Part shown: positions 1 through 9,968 of the stretch, one piece after another
How the letters are laid out: every line of letters starts with the position of its first letter
Numbering within the stretch: position 1 is the first letter of the stretch
Virus record (IMG/VR): IMGVR_UViG_3300001525_000359
Reading direction: 5' to 3' (one strand)
DNA from: an uncultured virus (IMG/VR IMGVR_UViG_3300001525_000359)
Lineage: Duplodnaviria; Heunggongvirae; Uroviricota; Caudoviricetes
DNA length: 64,000 bases
Notes under the pieces: model-generated
The model's input: the letters and a program-made list of their open reading frames with translations, nothing else
Databases searched by the model: none
Told to the model about the DNA's origin: nothing
Program-made: the position numbers and the translations under genes

Positions 1-59
1 ATGATTGAAGACATTGTGGAGTTTATGATATAATATGATTGAAGACATTGTGGAGTTTA
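1..59 (+). repeat. 25-nt direct repeat (1-25 and 35-59) separated by TGATATAAT
   Basis: atgattgaagacattgtggagttta occurs twice; the 9-nt spacer is an extended -10 box. Confidence 0.9.
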
Positions 60-445
60 GCACTGGTATGAATGCAATTGATGAAGCATTGATGTATAAT
101 CCTGGCCTATGCGCATTTGTATGCGTTGTTGTTATAGTAGTGTTTGCTGTGTCATTGTTCTCATGGGCAAGATCACGATCTAAGAAGAAGTCAATTGATC
201 GTGGAAAGATCTTGCTTTTCAAGATAAGATCTGCACATGGAAACTTAGTTGATGTCAAAGTTGACATGGCAAGTCATGCATATGCGGTATTTGCAGATGG
301 GACAACACTTGACACTAATCTTTGGTGCATAAGCTATCCAGATGGATCAGTTGAGCATCTTGACACATATAACTATGAATATTCTTACAAGATGTCTGAC
401 AATGCTCATTTTGAAGTCATTGTTCGTGAAAAAGACACCTTATGA
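35..445 (+). CDS. hypothetical membrane-anchored protein
   Basis: 136-aa ORF with one hydrophobic stretch (LCAFVCVVVIVVFAVSLF). Confidence 0.6.
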   Translation: MIEDIVEFSTGMNAIDEALMYNPGLCAFVCVVVIVVFAVSLFSWARSRSKKKSIDRGKILLFKIRSAHGNLVDVKVDMASHAYAVFADGTTLDTNLWCISYPDGSVEHLDTYNYEYSYKMSDNAHFEVIVREKDTL

Positions 446-500
446 GAAAGGTGAAGTGAGTGTTGGTGTTGGTGTGATGTTTCCCATTGGAAATTAAGTC

Positions 501-1310
501 ATGAAAAGCAAAATTCTTCTAGAAGGTGTCAAGTATGACAAAGAGAATGAAATGTTCTCATTTGACTTCACATCTGATGATGAGCATTCAACTGTGAAGC
601 TTGTGTCAGATGGCCCATACAAGCTAAGAGAGTTCGATCCGTGCACATATTTTGGCTATGTGTTTGAAGATGACATTGATGCAAGAGTCAAGAAAGAGTT
701 CATTGATCTTATCAAGTATCCAGATCAAAGAATCCAAGAAGATGACTTGAGGAAGTTCATCTTCAATGCAGTTGTCTCATTGGACAGGAAGATCTCTTTG
801 CCGCAATATGACGTCATTGTCCATCCACAGTCAAGCTCGAATTTGAACTATGAGATAATTGACGAAATCTACAAGAAGTCGTTGTCAGACAAGATCACGA
901 CATATGAGCTTCTCAAAGAGCTTCCTGAACATATGGAGTTCAACTATGACTTATACATTAACTCTTTGAAGAAGAAGCCTGGTATCAATGAGAACAACAT
1001 CAAGCAGTCAGTCAAAGCTATTGAAGATATGATGTGGCATCTGAAGAAGCTTGACTATGTGAAGATCGGGACATATGTCAAAGCTAAATGGCGTCCTTAT
1101 CTTAAGAACTTCTTCATGTTTGAGACACCCGAAGCTAAGAAAGCATATGAAGCCTTGTCTGGCAAAAATGTCTTAGTTGTCGATGATGTCTCTACAACAA
1201 GAGCTACATTGCAGTATGTCTTGAACACGATCCGTTTTGTCAATGACACATGCAAGATCTGCTGCTTTTGCTTGCTTGGAAACAAGGCAAAGACAATGAT
1301 GTCCAAATGA
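501..1310 (+). CDS. phosphoribosyltransferase-fold protein
   Basis: PRPP-binding motif VLVVDDVSTTRAT near the C-terminus; P-x-S-S-S loop upstream. Confidence 0.7.
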   Translation: MKSKILLEGVKYDKENEMFSFDFTSDDEHSTVKLVSDGPYKLREFDPCTYFGYVFEDDIDARVKKEFIDLIKYPDQRIQEDDLRKFIFNAVVSLDRKISLPQYDVIVHPQSSSNLNYEIIDEIYKKSLSDKITTYELLKELPEHMEFNYDLYINSLKKKPGINENNIKQSVKAIEDMMWHLKKLDYVKIGTYVKAKWRPYLKNFFMFETPEAKKAYEALSGKNVLVVDDVSTTRATLQYVLNTIRFVNDTCKICCFCLLGNKAKTMMSK

Positions 1311-1314
1311 CATT

Positions 1315-2082
1315 ATGAATAATATTGTCAATGATATGAAGTTTGATGTAGTAGTTGGAAATCCGCCATATGATCGTGATATGCATTTAAGAATTTTAAA
1401 TGCTACTCAAAAACATGTTAATTTTGATAATGGCGGAGAAATTATCTGGCTTCATCCAAGCAAATGGATAAAACGATTTGATTATTGGAAAAACAGATGG
1501 AATGTTTTCCCAGTTGAATCTATTACTGAAGTTGGTGGAGATGTTGCAACACAATTATTTGGTGCCGGTATTGGATCAAATCTAATAGTGACAAAATTAT
1601 CAAAACATGGAACATATGACTATATAAAATTTTCAAGATTTATTCCATGGGTAAAAAATAAAGTTATTGACAATGCGCCAGAATTATTAAAGGATTGTTC
1701 AGCAAAAGTCATAACTAATGGTCATCAGTGGCAACTTAATATGCCAATTGTTCATGGACATATTGGCTGTACTGATATGGAGGAAATCACTTCAAAAGTG
1801 TATGAACGTGCATTAAACGTCAAATTTGGTAAACGGCCGCAGGATGTTCTTTCATATGCATTTAATTCTGAAACAGAACGTAGAAATTTTTATAATTCAT
1901 TATTCACAAAATTTATTCGATTTATTGTGGTTACATGTCGTGATGGACAAACTGCTGCATCTGCATATTACGCAATTCCATTCATGCAAGACTACACTCA
2001 GTCATGGACAGATGAGAGATTCTATAAGTTCTTTAACTTGACATCAGATGAGATAAAGCTCATCGAAGACACCGTCAAATGA
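1315..2082 (+). CDS. amino-methyltransferase, catalytic/TRD half (Eco57I-like)
   Basis: KFDVVVGNPPY (motif IV) at the N-terminus; typical tail WTDERFYKFFNLTSDEIKLIE; no SAM-binding motif I. Confidence 0.75.
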   Translation: MNNIVNDMKFDVVVGNPPYDRDMHLRILNATQKHVNFDNGGEIIWLHPSKWIKRFDYWKNRWNVFPVESITEVGGDVATQLFGAGIGSNLIVTKLSKHGTYDYIKFSRFIPWVKNKVIDNAPELLKDCSAKVITNGHQWQLNMPIVHGHIGCTDMEEITSKVYERALNVKFGKRPQDVLSYAFNSETERRNFYNSLFTKFIRFIVVTCRDGQTAASAYYAIPFMQDYTQSWTDERFYKFFNLTSDEIKLIEDTVK

Positions 2083-2086
2083 CAGA

Positions 2087-2115
2087 TGTCCAAAGTCATG
2101 TCTAAATGATATGAT
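2087..2115 (+). promoter_or_regulatory. phage promoter TGTCCA-N17-TATGAT (type copy of about 30)
   Basis: Same spacing with the -35 hexamer (a few are TGTCCG/TATCCA/AATCCA/TTTCCA variants) at 5226, 6042, 8542, 9174, 9878, 11995, 12260, 13673, 13906, 14703, 17198, 17955, 18720, 26644, 27874, 28372, 29753, 30107, 31074, 31590, 32226, 33885, 34738, 35345, 35815, 36385, 36751, 40140, 46568; all intergenic and directly upstream of ORFs. Confidence 0.85.
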
Positions 2116-2121
2116 TTAGTT

Positions 2122-2446
2122 ATGAAAGCTGATGTCAAACACGGAAACTGGCTTCTTAGGTCAAATCATCATGTAAGGCATTTCGTTGACATGAAATGGG
2201 TGCCTGTGCCTACAACTGAAATAGTAGGGCTTGTCAATGCTATGGGTGACGGTGAAGACTCTCAATATATCTTTGAGAGCTGGTGTGCATGCACTGCAAC
2301 ATGCATAATCTGACATGAATGCGTTCTGGTGGCTAAGGTCATGCCATAAGATGCATGTAGATCTTGCTGGATCGGTCTTCTTTGAGAAGTTTCAGATTAG
2401 CGTAATAGAGACTAAGCTTGACATAGTTGCAACTACAATGATATGA
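2122..2446 (+). CDS. two WxLRS mini-genes (2122-2313, 2315-2446)
   Basis: NWLLRS...TATCII* and FWWLRS...ATTMI*. Confidence 0.75.
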
Positions 2447-3210
2447 AGACTATATCATCATCAAGCACTTCTCTCATCTACTGGAAACAGACTGAGAACA
2501 AGTCGAACATCAGCATCACTGGCTTCAATGGCAATGAGCTTGTTTTGAAGCCTGTGTATCATGATGTCTTTGCTAGCATTGCATCTGAGCTGAAGAGCAC
2601 AAAGTGCACAAAGCTTATCCCGCTTTGGCAGAAGACAATGTCTGAAGCTGAAGCTAAGCTCAGGCAACTTATGGCTAATGCAATCTTGAATCATAGCAGC
2701 AAAGATGCAGACAGCATTGACAGAGTCGTGTTCAAGTTTCGCGGCAACTGTGGTGAGATCTTTGCTGAGAAGCTCTTCACATCTGGGCTTGCTGCTGATG
2801 TCTGCAAGCTTGGATCGTATGTTCCAGTAGATCCGCATCATGAAGAAGGCATTGACGCGACTGGCATTTCGCCAGTGAGCAACATGAAGATAGGGATTCA
2901 AGTGAAGAACTTCTCAGAGAAGAACAAAGTGAAGCTTGAAGTGTTCAGGACAGCTGGAGATGAGTCAGACAAGATCGTCCATAGCTTAGAGAATGCTGAG
3001 CAAGTTCTTGCATACCTTAAATGCCCAGGCCAGATCATCTTCTCTTTCACTAATGCAGACAAGATCTTAGTAGAGAGCTACAAGAACAGAGTCATGTTCT
3101 TAGGCCCAGACTACATTGAGTCAAAGAAGCTGTGTGGAATGCCAGGATCTTCATGCGGCAACTGGACATTCTTCCAAGACATTGCTGATGAGATCAACAG
3201 TATAATTTAA
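2443..3210 (+). CDS. putative PD-(D/E)xK restriction-endonuclease-fold protein
   Basis: GEIFAE...EGIDATG...IGIQVKN resembles the E...D...QxK nuclease motif. Confidence 0.5.
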   Translation: MKTISSSSTSLIYWKQTENKSNISITGFNGNELVLKPVYHDVFASIASELKSTKCTKLIPLWQKTMSEAEAKLRQLMANAILNHSSKDADSIDRVVFKFRGNCGEIFAEKLFTSGLAADVCKLGSYVPVDPHHEEGIDATGISPVSNMKIGIQVKNFSEKNKVKLEVFRTAGDESDKIVHSLENAEQVLAYLKCPGQIIFSFTNADKILVESYKNRVMFLGPDYIESKKLCGMPGSSCGNWTFFQDIADEINSII

Positions 3211-3212
3211 TC

Positions 3213-3893
3213 ATGAATAATGACATTTATCAATACGAAGACTTTAGTGACTCATTGGTTTATAAGGATGGCAAAGCAGTTGCATGGAAAGACTGTTCTA
3301 ATCATGCTATCATATCAGAAAGCTCATTAAGCAGGACACTTGAGATAATTCGCACAAGTTCATTTGCAATATTGACTGCATATAGAAACACTGACAAGAA
3401 CGGTGTAAAGTTCACTAAGAAGCAGAATATTCTTAGAAACAGAAAGTTACGAGTCATTCTCAACAATATGTTCATGAGAGTGCATCAGCTTGTTGGACAC
3501 TATAAAGAGATTTCACATATAACACATAAGCCAGTTGATGTTGTAGAAAGAAGTTATCTTGTCAAAAAGAAAAATGGAATGACAGATAAGCAATTTGCAG
3601 AGCTTATCCAGAAATGTTTGACAATTGATGGTGAGACGCAAGACGGCGCATTGATGTCATTGAAAAGCAAAGACAATTGTTTTTATTTTATGACAAGTGC
3701 AATGAAGTTCAAAAAAGTTGGTGACAAGGTATCACTTGGAAAACTTGGTGAAATCTATTCTCAGCATGTTAGAAAGCTGAATGTCCCTTTTGTGTTTGAA
3801 GGTGAAGAATGTCCAAATGGCGGTATGGCCGGAGCAATGCTTTATAAAAGCCTTGGATATGCTTATGGTGGAAATCTTGGATTTGGTGAATAA
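3213..3893 (+). CDS. conserved phage hypothetical protein (DUF3293-like)
   Basis: ESSLSR...FAILTAYR...NILRNRKL...GHYKE...ERSYLV...QDG pattern. Confidence 0.45.
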   Translation: MNNDIYQYEDFSDSLVYKDGKAVAWKDCSNHAIISESSLSRTLEIIRTSSFAILTAYRNTDKNGVKFTKKQNILRNRKLRVILNNMFMRVHQLVGHYKEISHITHKPVDVVERSYLVKKKNGMTDKQFAELIQKCLTIDGETQDGALMSLKSKDNCFYFMTSAMKFKKVGDKVSLGKLGEIYSQHVRKLNVPFVFEGEECPNGGMAGAMLYKSLGYAYGGNLGFGE

Positions 3894-3924
3894 AATCATT
3901 GTCTAAGCGTATAAATTTTAATTT

Positions 3925-4644
3925 ATGAACAATGAGCTTCTAAATGAGATAAAACGTATATTTCCAAATGAATATGCAAATGACAACAATTATCAAGTAG
4001 CTGAACGTGATTTGTACGTGTTGTTTTCTCTAATAGATAAGTATGTTTTCAAAAATGAGTTCTCTTCAAACAAGATCATAATGCATATAGTAAATGCACA
4101 AACTGCATCTGATCTTTCGTGGAAGGGAAAGTTCTTTATATCTGAAAATGGTGATGACTTAGCAATCAACATATGCATAATGAAATATGATGTTGACAGG
4201 TTTTCACATATAATCAGTGTATTGTGTCATGAGATGATTCATGTGTTTGACTTCAAGAAGTCAATGTTGGGACAGATGTTCACTAAATATGGCAAAATTG
4301 AAGTCACTAGAATAGGTGGTAAGAAATTTGTGCATGGATATGATGTGCATGGCACATTCTTCAAGAGCTTTATTCCAAAGTTTAACAACTATGGGATAAT
4401 TGTCAATGATACATATAGTGTAAAGTCAAAGAATCTTATGAAGAAGATAAAAGAGTCTAAACGAAATGGAAATGATGTCATTGCAGAAATTCTTTTTGGG
4501 AAAAAGATTAATATCAATGAAACTGATATAGGCAAGTCTACTAAAAGAAAACGTCAGCTTGATGCATATGTAAAGTCATTGAAGAACTGCAATGCTGAGT
4601 TGATATACATTGATGACACTCATTGGGCAATTGGCATTGAATGA
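3925..4644 (+). CDS. SprT-like zinc metalloprotease
   Basis: VLCHEMIH followed by HGxxF. Confidence 0.7.
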   Translation: MNNELLNEIKRIFPNEYANDNNYQVAERDLYVLFSLIDKYVFKNEFSSNKIIMHIVNAQTASDLSWKGKFFISENGDDLAINICIMKYDVDRFSHIISVLCHEMIHVFDFKKSMLGQMFTKYGKIEVTRIGGKKFVHGYDVHGTFFKSFIPKFNNYGIIVNDTYSVKSKNLMKKIKESKRNGNDVIAEILFGKKININETDIGKSTKRKRQLDAYVKSLKNCNAELIYIDDTHWAIGIE

Positions 4645-4650
4645 CATCTA

Positions 4651-5220
4651 ATGCAGCGAAACTACATACTTAAGTATCAAGGCAGTAAAGCTGATGCAAA
4701 GCGTCTAGGTGCATTCTACACGCCACCTGCACTTGGCAAGCAGATGGTGGACAAGCTGTCATCGCCCATTGTCGGCAAGACATGTCTAGACAACTGCTGT
4801 GGATATGGTGGGCTTGTCTTGCAGATGCTAGACAAGAAAGTAGAGCAAGGTGAAGATGCTACGAAAGCATTGTCAGAAGTGTATGGCATTGAGTTTGACA
4901 AGAAGAATCTAGAAGTTTGCATAAGGAATCTTCGCATCTGGGCAGACAGGAACAATGCAGCTTGGAATGAAGACATGATCAGATCTCATTTCAGGCAAGG
5001 AGATGCATTGCTGGATGAGTCATATGAGTTCCCTGACAAGAAGTGGAATCTAGATAAGCACGTCGAGATAGAAGATCTTGAAGATAAGTATGTCATAAGA
5101 TCTGTTGTCAACAGCAAAGTCATGAAGAAGCTTGAGCTAAGCAAGAAGACACAGAAAGCGAAGATGAAAGAGCTTTTGCTTAAGCTAAAAGAGAAGAAAG
5201 TGAAAGTAGTCAGGACATAA
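4651..5220 (+). CDS. amino-methyltransferase, SAM-binding half
   Basis: LGAFYTPP (motif X), LDNCCGYG (motif I), YGIEFD, GDAL; ends without NPPY. Confidence 0.75.
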   Translation: MQRNYILKYQGSKADAKRLGAFYTPPALGKQMVDKLSSPIVGKTCLDNCCGYGGLVLQMLDKKVEQGEDATKALSEVYGIEFDKKNLEVCIRNLRIWADRNNAAWNEDMIRSHFRQGDALLDESYEFPDKKWNLDKHVEIEDLEDKYVIRSVVNSKVMKKLELSKKTQKAKMKELLLKLKEKKVKVVRT

Positions 5221-5275
5221 GAAAATGTCCAAAGTTAAGATCATTTGATATAATTTAACTGATTGGAGAAACAAA

Positions 5276-5714
5276 ATGGGAATTACGAAAGAGAACGCAA
5301 AGGATTTCATTGGCAAGTGGTGCTTGCATGATGAGAACAGGACTGGACATTACACCAAGCTTTTTTGTCAACGACATCAAGGAAGTGAAGACTGACTATG
5401 ATCTTGATAGCGAAAAGAGCTTGATGATCGAATACAGCTATGACAAGAAGAGATGGCAATATGCAGATCTCACTTTGTTCGGCCATGGCGACTTCATTGT
5501 CAGCCCATTCAAAGAGATTAAGTCAGACGAAAATGAAAAATCCGAATCTGGTGATGACATGAAGGATGATCGTCATGCATCATCATGGTTCTGGAAGAGT
5601 GTGTCTAGCTGTGAGAATGATTAGCATGACTGGATCGAGACAGATCTCATGTGCTATCCATCAAAGAAAGCACAAATATGCAAGAGATGCGGCGTAATGA
5701 AGTATGACAGTTGA
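5276..5714 (+). CDS. hypothetical protein with C-terminal C/H zinc-binding motif; apparent frameshift at T6 (5361-5366) and one read-through TAG
   Basis: ATG at 5276 after GGAG and a promoter; removing one T joins it to ORF 5310-5624; reading through TAG gives SCENDQHDW...CKRCG to TGA 5714. Confidence 0.5.
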
Positions 5715-6032
5715 ATATGCAGACTATGCTTTAAGGACATCTGTTGAAAGTGATGATGGCACAGATGATCTTGTCTTATATGTAGAATGTGATGATGAAT
5801 GGCTTTCATTCGATGAAGAGTATAGTGACACTGAGTTTGACATCTCAGTTGTATGTGAGCTATGACATCATTTGAGTGGACATTAGCCATTGAGTGGTGG
5901 CTAAGAAGTGCATCAAAGAAGTATAAATGGTGTGCAGTTGAAATCGGTGATAGTGCATTCACTGGAATAGAGTTTGAAGAGAACTCTACATATGTTGAGC
6001 TGGACATTAGTCCGTCATGCATCATTGGGTGA
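5704..6032 (+). CDS. two WxLRS mini-genes (5704-5865, 5862-6032)
   Basis: YALRT...ISVVCEL* and EWWLRS...ISPSCIIG*; ATGA overlap. Confidence 0.7.
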
Positions 6033-6110
6033 AATGGAAGATGTCCAAAGTGATCTTAAAATAATATGATTTAAGATGTAAAGCAAATCAAATCAAAAAA
6101 GGAACGAAAC

Positions 6111-6776
6111 ATGGCATTATATCGCATTCAACGGAAATTCTTCCCGACTGAGTCATTTGTCATTGATTTTGACTTCGACAGTAAGAAGCTGCATGTCTTG
6201 GATGTTGCTGAGCTTGCAAATCTCAAAGAGCATGAAGTGCTGGCTGAGATCGATGCAACTGACGATGAAGAGCGTGGCAAGATGTTCAAGGACATCATTT
6301 TCGCATTTCACAGCATTAAAGTGCGATCAGATGCAGAGGTGTTTGCAAATGAGCTTCTCAGCATGACTGCAAATCTCAGAAGCCGGTTTGAGTTTCAGGT
6401 GCTTTTGTTGCAAGCGACTGATGTTGCACATTCCGTTTGGGTTGACAGAACTGGTGATGTTCCAGTTGTGAATGTTGACAATGCGCCTTCATTCTACCGT
6501 ACTGAGTGGCGTTCATATTCGCCTGCATTCACCAATCTTGTATGCTATCTTGACAATTACAGGAAGCTTTCTGAAGTGTACAACAACTACAATGTTGTTC
6601 CTGACGATGATGAGATGCATCGTGACTACCGATCAAACATTGTCAGTCATCCGGAATATAGGATGAGCCCTGATGAGGCTGCTAACTGCATTAAGCAGCT
6701 TTTTGCGAAAGATCATTGGATTCATCGGTGGATCAAGGATCATCCGCCAGTGAAGACTTCTCTTATCAAAAGCTAA
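6111..6776 (+). CDS. hypothetical protein
   Basis: 221-aa ORF with its own promoter and AAAGGA RBS. Confidence 0.7.
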   Translation: MALYRIQRKFFPTESFVIDFDFDSKKLHVLDVAELANLKEHEVLAEIDATDDEERGKMFKDIIFAFHSIKVRSDAEVFANELLSMTANLRSRFEFQVLLLQATDVAHSVWVDRTGDVPVVNVDNAPSFYRTEWRSYSPAFTNLVCYLDNYRKLSEVYNNYNVVPDDDEMHRDYRSNIVSHPEYRMSPDEAANCIKQLFAKDHWIHRWIKDHPPVKTSLIKS

Positions 6777-6943
6777 AAAGGCATAAGATCATGCTTAGAC
6801 TAATTGTAGAGATTATGCTGCTCATCACTGGAGCAGCATTCATTGGATGGCTGTTCTTCATCATCTGGCTTGGCTTGAAGACATTCTTTGGAATTGCTCT
6901 TCATGATGATGCCGATGATGATAGTCATAAGGAGAACTAAAAA

Positions 6944-7096
6944 ATGTACAACTTTGCATATAATGTAGCTAAAGTATTTCTTCGAAGTGTCGTCAATGGA
7001 CTTCCAGCAGTTTCAATGATTGCTGAAAATGGAAAGATTCGTTCAACTAGCACAGGCTTTACTGATGCAGTGTCGACTATCACTTGTGTAATCTAA
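6944..7096 (+). CDS. WxLRS mini-gene
   Basis: MYNFAYNVAKVFLRS...STITCVI*. Confidence 0.6.
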   Translation: MYNFAYNVAKVFLRSVVNGLPAVSMIAENGKIRSTSTGFTDAVSTITCVI

Positions 7097-7119
7097 AAAC
7101 AAAAACAGAAACAAAAAAC

Positions 7120-8427
7120 ATGAACACACTACAGAAAATTGGAGTGCTGCTTGGCGTCTCGTTCGCTGCAGCAATTGTGTATTGCATCATCTTTGCAAAC
7201 AAGCTTGACAACCAAGAGCTTGCTGTCGTCCAGGCATTCACTGGCGAGACGGTAGTCAGGCGAGATGCTGGATGGTGGATTCAGATGTCGCCTACCATCT
7301 GGCGGTATCCTAAGGCGGGTGTCTACCAGCTGAACTCTCGAGATCGCGACTCACTTCAAATTCAGTTCAACAATAAGTCGAAGGCTGTCTTGAATGTTGC
7401 GATTGGCTATCGCATTGACTACAAGACAGATGCAGTTGAAGTTGATGGCAAGAAAGTCGAGAAGATGACGCCATTCACAGATGCTGAGATCATTGCACTT
7501 CACCAGCAGGTAGAAGGCAGGGATGACAAAGTGTGGCAGATGGTGTTGACATGCTTGAACACTGTCGCTCAGTCGATCACCACGAAGTATGATCCGTCTG
7601 AAGTGATTGGCGGTGACAACTTCGAGAAGATGATCAAAGAGATGTATGCGAACATCATGCATAATCCTGAGCTTCGAAAGCATTGCATTGACATCAATTA
7701 CTTCGCTGTTGATGGCAGGCCTATCCCTGATGCTGACACCGAAGCGCAGTTCAACAAGCAGCGAGAAGCAGATCTGGCAAAGCGCCTTGCTCAGGCAGAG
7801 AAGCTGAAGCTTGAAGCTGAGAAGATCAAAGTTGTTGCTCAGTATGAAAAAGAGATTGAGGAATATCGTGGCAAAGCGGCGTCTGAAACTGCAAAGCAAG
7901 TGACAGAAGCTGAACGTATTGCAAAGCTTGCTGCAATTGATGCTGAAAAGAAAGTCAACATTGAAAAGCTTGCAAAGGAACAGCTTCTCATCCAGATGCA
8001 GAAAGAGAAGGAAGCTGCTGAGGTGAAGGCGCAGCAGGAAGCTGCAGTTGCAAAGCTTACTGCTGAAAAGCTTAAGACTGTTGCTGAGATCCAGAAGGCA
8101 ACTGAGACTGCAAAACTTGAGACAGAGAAGCTCATTGCTGAACAGAAGAAAGTCGCTGCGGCTGCTCGTGAGATCGAGATCCAGAAGTCAGGCGCGATCA
8201 CTGAGCTCCAGAAGACGCAACTTGAAATCGAAATGAAGACGAAGATCGAAGTTGCTAAGGCATATGCATCTGGAATTGCTGGAGCGAAACTTCCTACCAT
8301 GTGGGTGACTGCTAGCGGGAATGGCAATGATGCTAAGAGCTCGTCTAATCCTCTTGAGATGCTGATCAACACCATGACGCTTGAGAAGCTTGGAACACTT
8401 GAGAATGTGAAGCCTAAGGCTAAGTGA
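7120..8427 (+). CDS. SPFH/band-7 (flotillin-like) membrane protein
   Basis: N-terminal TM helix, SPFH-like domain, long AEA/AK-rich coiled coil, C-terminal LP..V..G..NPLE. Confidence 0.75.
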   Translation: MNTLQKIGVLLGVSFAAAIVYCIIFANKLDNQELAVVQAFTGETVVRRDAGWWIQMSPTIWRYPKAGVYQLNSRDRDSLQIQFNNKSKAVLNVAIGYRIDYKTDAVEVDGKKVEKMTPFTDAEIIALHQQVEGRDDKVWQMVLTCLNTVAQSITTKYDPSEVIGGDNFEKMIKEMYANIMHNPELRKHCIDINYFAVDGRPIPDADTEAQFNKQREADLAKRLAQAEKLKLEAEKIKVVAQYEKEIEEYRGKAASETAKQVTEAERIAKLAAIDAEKKVNIEKLAKEQLLIQMQKEKEAAEVKAQQEAAVAKLTAEKLKTVAEIQKATETAKLETEKLIAEQKKVAAAAREIEIQKSGAITELQKTQLEIEMKTKIEVAKAYASGIAGAKLPTMWVTASGNGNDAKSSSNPLEMLINTMTLEKLGTLENVKPKAK

Positions 8428-8453
8428 TCTGAAAAAGAGTTGTTCTCATAACT

Positions 8454-8490
8454 GCCGGCAGGAATGTTTCCTGCCGGCTTTTTTGTTTTT
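8454..8490 (+). terminator. intrinsic terminator
   Basis: gccggcaggaa-tgt-ttcctgccggc followed by a T-tract. Confidence 0.9.
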
Positions 8491-8595
8491 CTAGATTTCA
8501 TAAACTGATTCCAGCTTAGCATCTCACCAGCATATCTAAGATGTCCAAAGTCATATGAAAATGATATGATCTAATTAAAAAAGGAAGGAACATAT

Positions 8596-9159
8596 ATGTA
8601 CGCAATGTATGCTCAGACAGATCATTTATGCAAGAAATTTGGCATGACACTTGAAAACAGAAACATCTACAGCCAGCAGACATGGTGTGCGCCAAAGTAT
8701 GACAATCCGATGTGGAACAATGCGTATATCAAGATTCTTGCTTACCTTGATGAGCATGAAGACATTGAAATGAAAGAGTGTCTTCGGCATGTGTTTGGCA
8801 GATTTGTGAACTTTGACATATTCAAGACACTTGTCAACTTTGGATTTATTGACAAAACTGATCCAAATGTGAAACGCCATGTGAAGTTTCACACCACTAA
8901 ATATGGCAAGATGCTGCTGGAAGAAGCTACGTACTCGAAGAATGCATGTGAGCTGATGGATTTCGCGAAGAAAGTGAAAGCCAAGAGTGCTGAAGAGTTT
9001 ATTGTGCAAATGACGCTTGAAGGCAAAGCACATCTTCAGTCAACTGAGTTCATTGCAGATGTCATTGAGACATTTGAAGAGCATCCTGTATGCGAACGGC
9101 GTGTCTATAGAGCTATTCCTTTCTTTGATGAGTTTGTGAAGATCATCAATGAGAGATGA
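8596..9159 (+). CDS. hypothetical protein, possible winged helix
   Basis: ILAYL...KTLVNFGFI...FHTTKYG pattern; own promoter. Confidence 0.5.
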   Translation: MYAMYAQTDHLCKKFGMTLENRNIYSQQTWCAPKYDNPMWNNAYIKILAYLDEHEDIEMKECLRHVFGRFVNFDIFKTLVNFGFIDKTDPNVKRHVKFHTTKYGKMLLEEATYSKNACELMDFAKKVKAKSAEEFIVQMTLEGKAHLQSTEFIADVIETFEEHPVCERRVYRAIPFFDEFVKIINER

Positions 9160-9228
9160 AGGCAATCGCAAGATGTCCAGATCAAGACACATTTGATATA
9201 ATTTAAACATAATCAAGGAGATTTCAAC

Positions 9229-9850
9229 ATGGATGAGAACATTGCTGACGTCGGAAACGTAATTGACATGCCGTATTTTCGAGCTACATTCAAGCATGGG
9301 CTGCAGAATCCTGTCTGCTTTCATGCGATGGATCTTGAAGACGCAAAGAAACGCGCATTCGCCCATCATCTGAAGAACTCTGACATTGAGTACTTCCTTC
9401 ACACGAAGATCGATGATGTTGTAGCTTCTGTCGAGCAGATCAACTGAAGAAAGGAAAACTATGGGACGTAAGCTAGCATATCTTGCTGAGTACATTGACC
9501 AGAATGGCATTCATCATACCGCTGTCCACTTCTATGACAGGATGACTGGCATAGTAGACATGATGCGTGATGTGAAGTTTGATGACGGCAACTACCCGCT
9601 CATTGATGCTGAGCTCTTCCAGCAAGAGCTTGCAGAAGCAGAATGGCGAAAAGCTCATCCACGCTTCGAGATGAAAGCTGGAAGGAGCAATGGGCATGAC
9701 TGCTTCAATGTGCATGACAATGACAATGAATGCCTTGTCGCGATCTTCTTCAATGAGGACGATGCAGTTGAGTATACAGCAATGCTGAACGAGAATGCGA
9801 CGTACTTGCTGAGTGTCAAAGACTTGGATGTCGAAGACCCGTTCATCTGA
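9229..9850 (+). CDS. two hypothetical proteins (9229-9447, 9461-9850)
   Basis: AAGGAG and AAGGAA RBS, promoter at 9174. Confidence 0.65.
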
Positions 9851-9968
9851 TCATGCAAATTCCAGTGATTTGGAAGATGTCCAAATGTCATGATGAATGA
9901 TATGATTTGAAGTGTAAAGCAAATCAACAGATAACAAACACAAAAAACACAGAAAAGGAACACAACAC

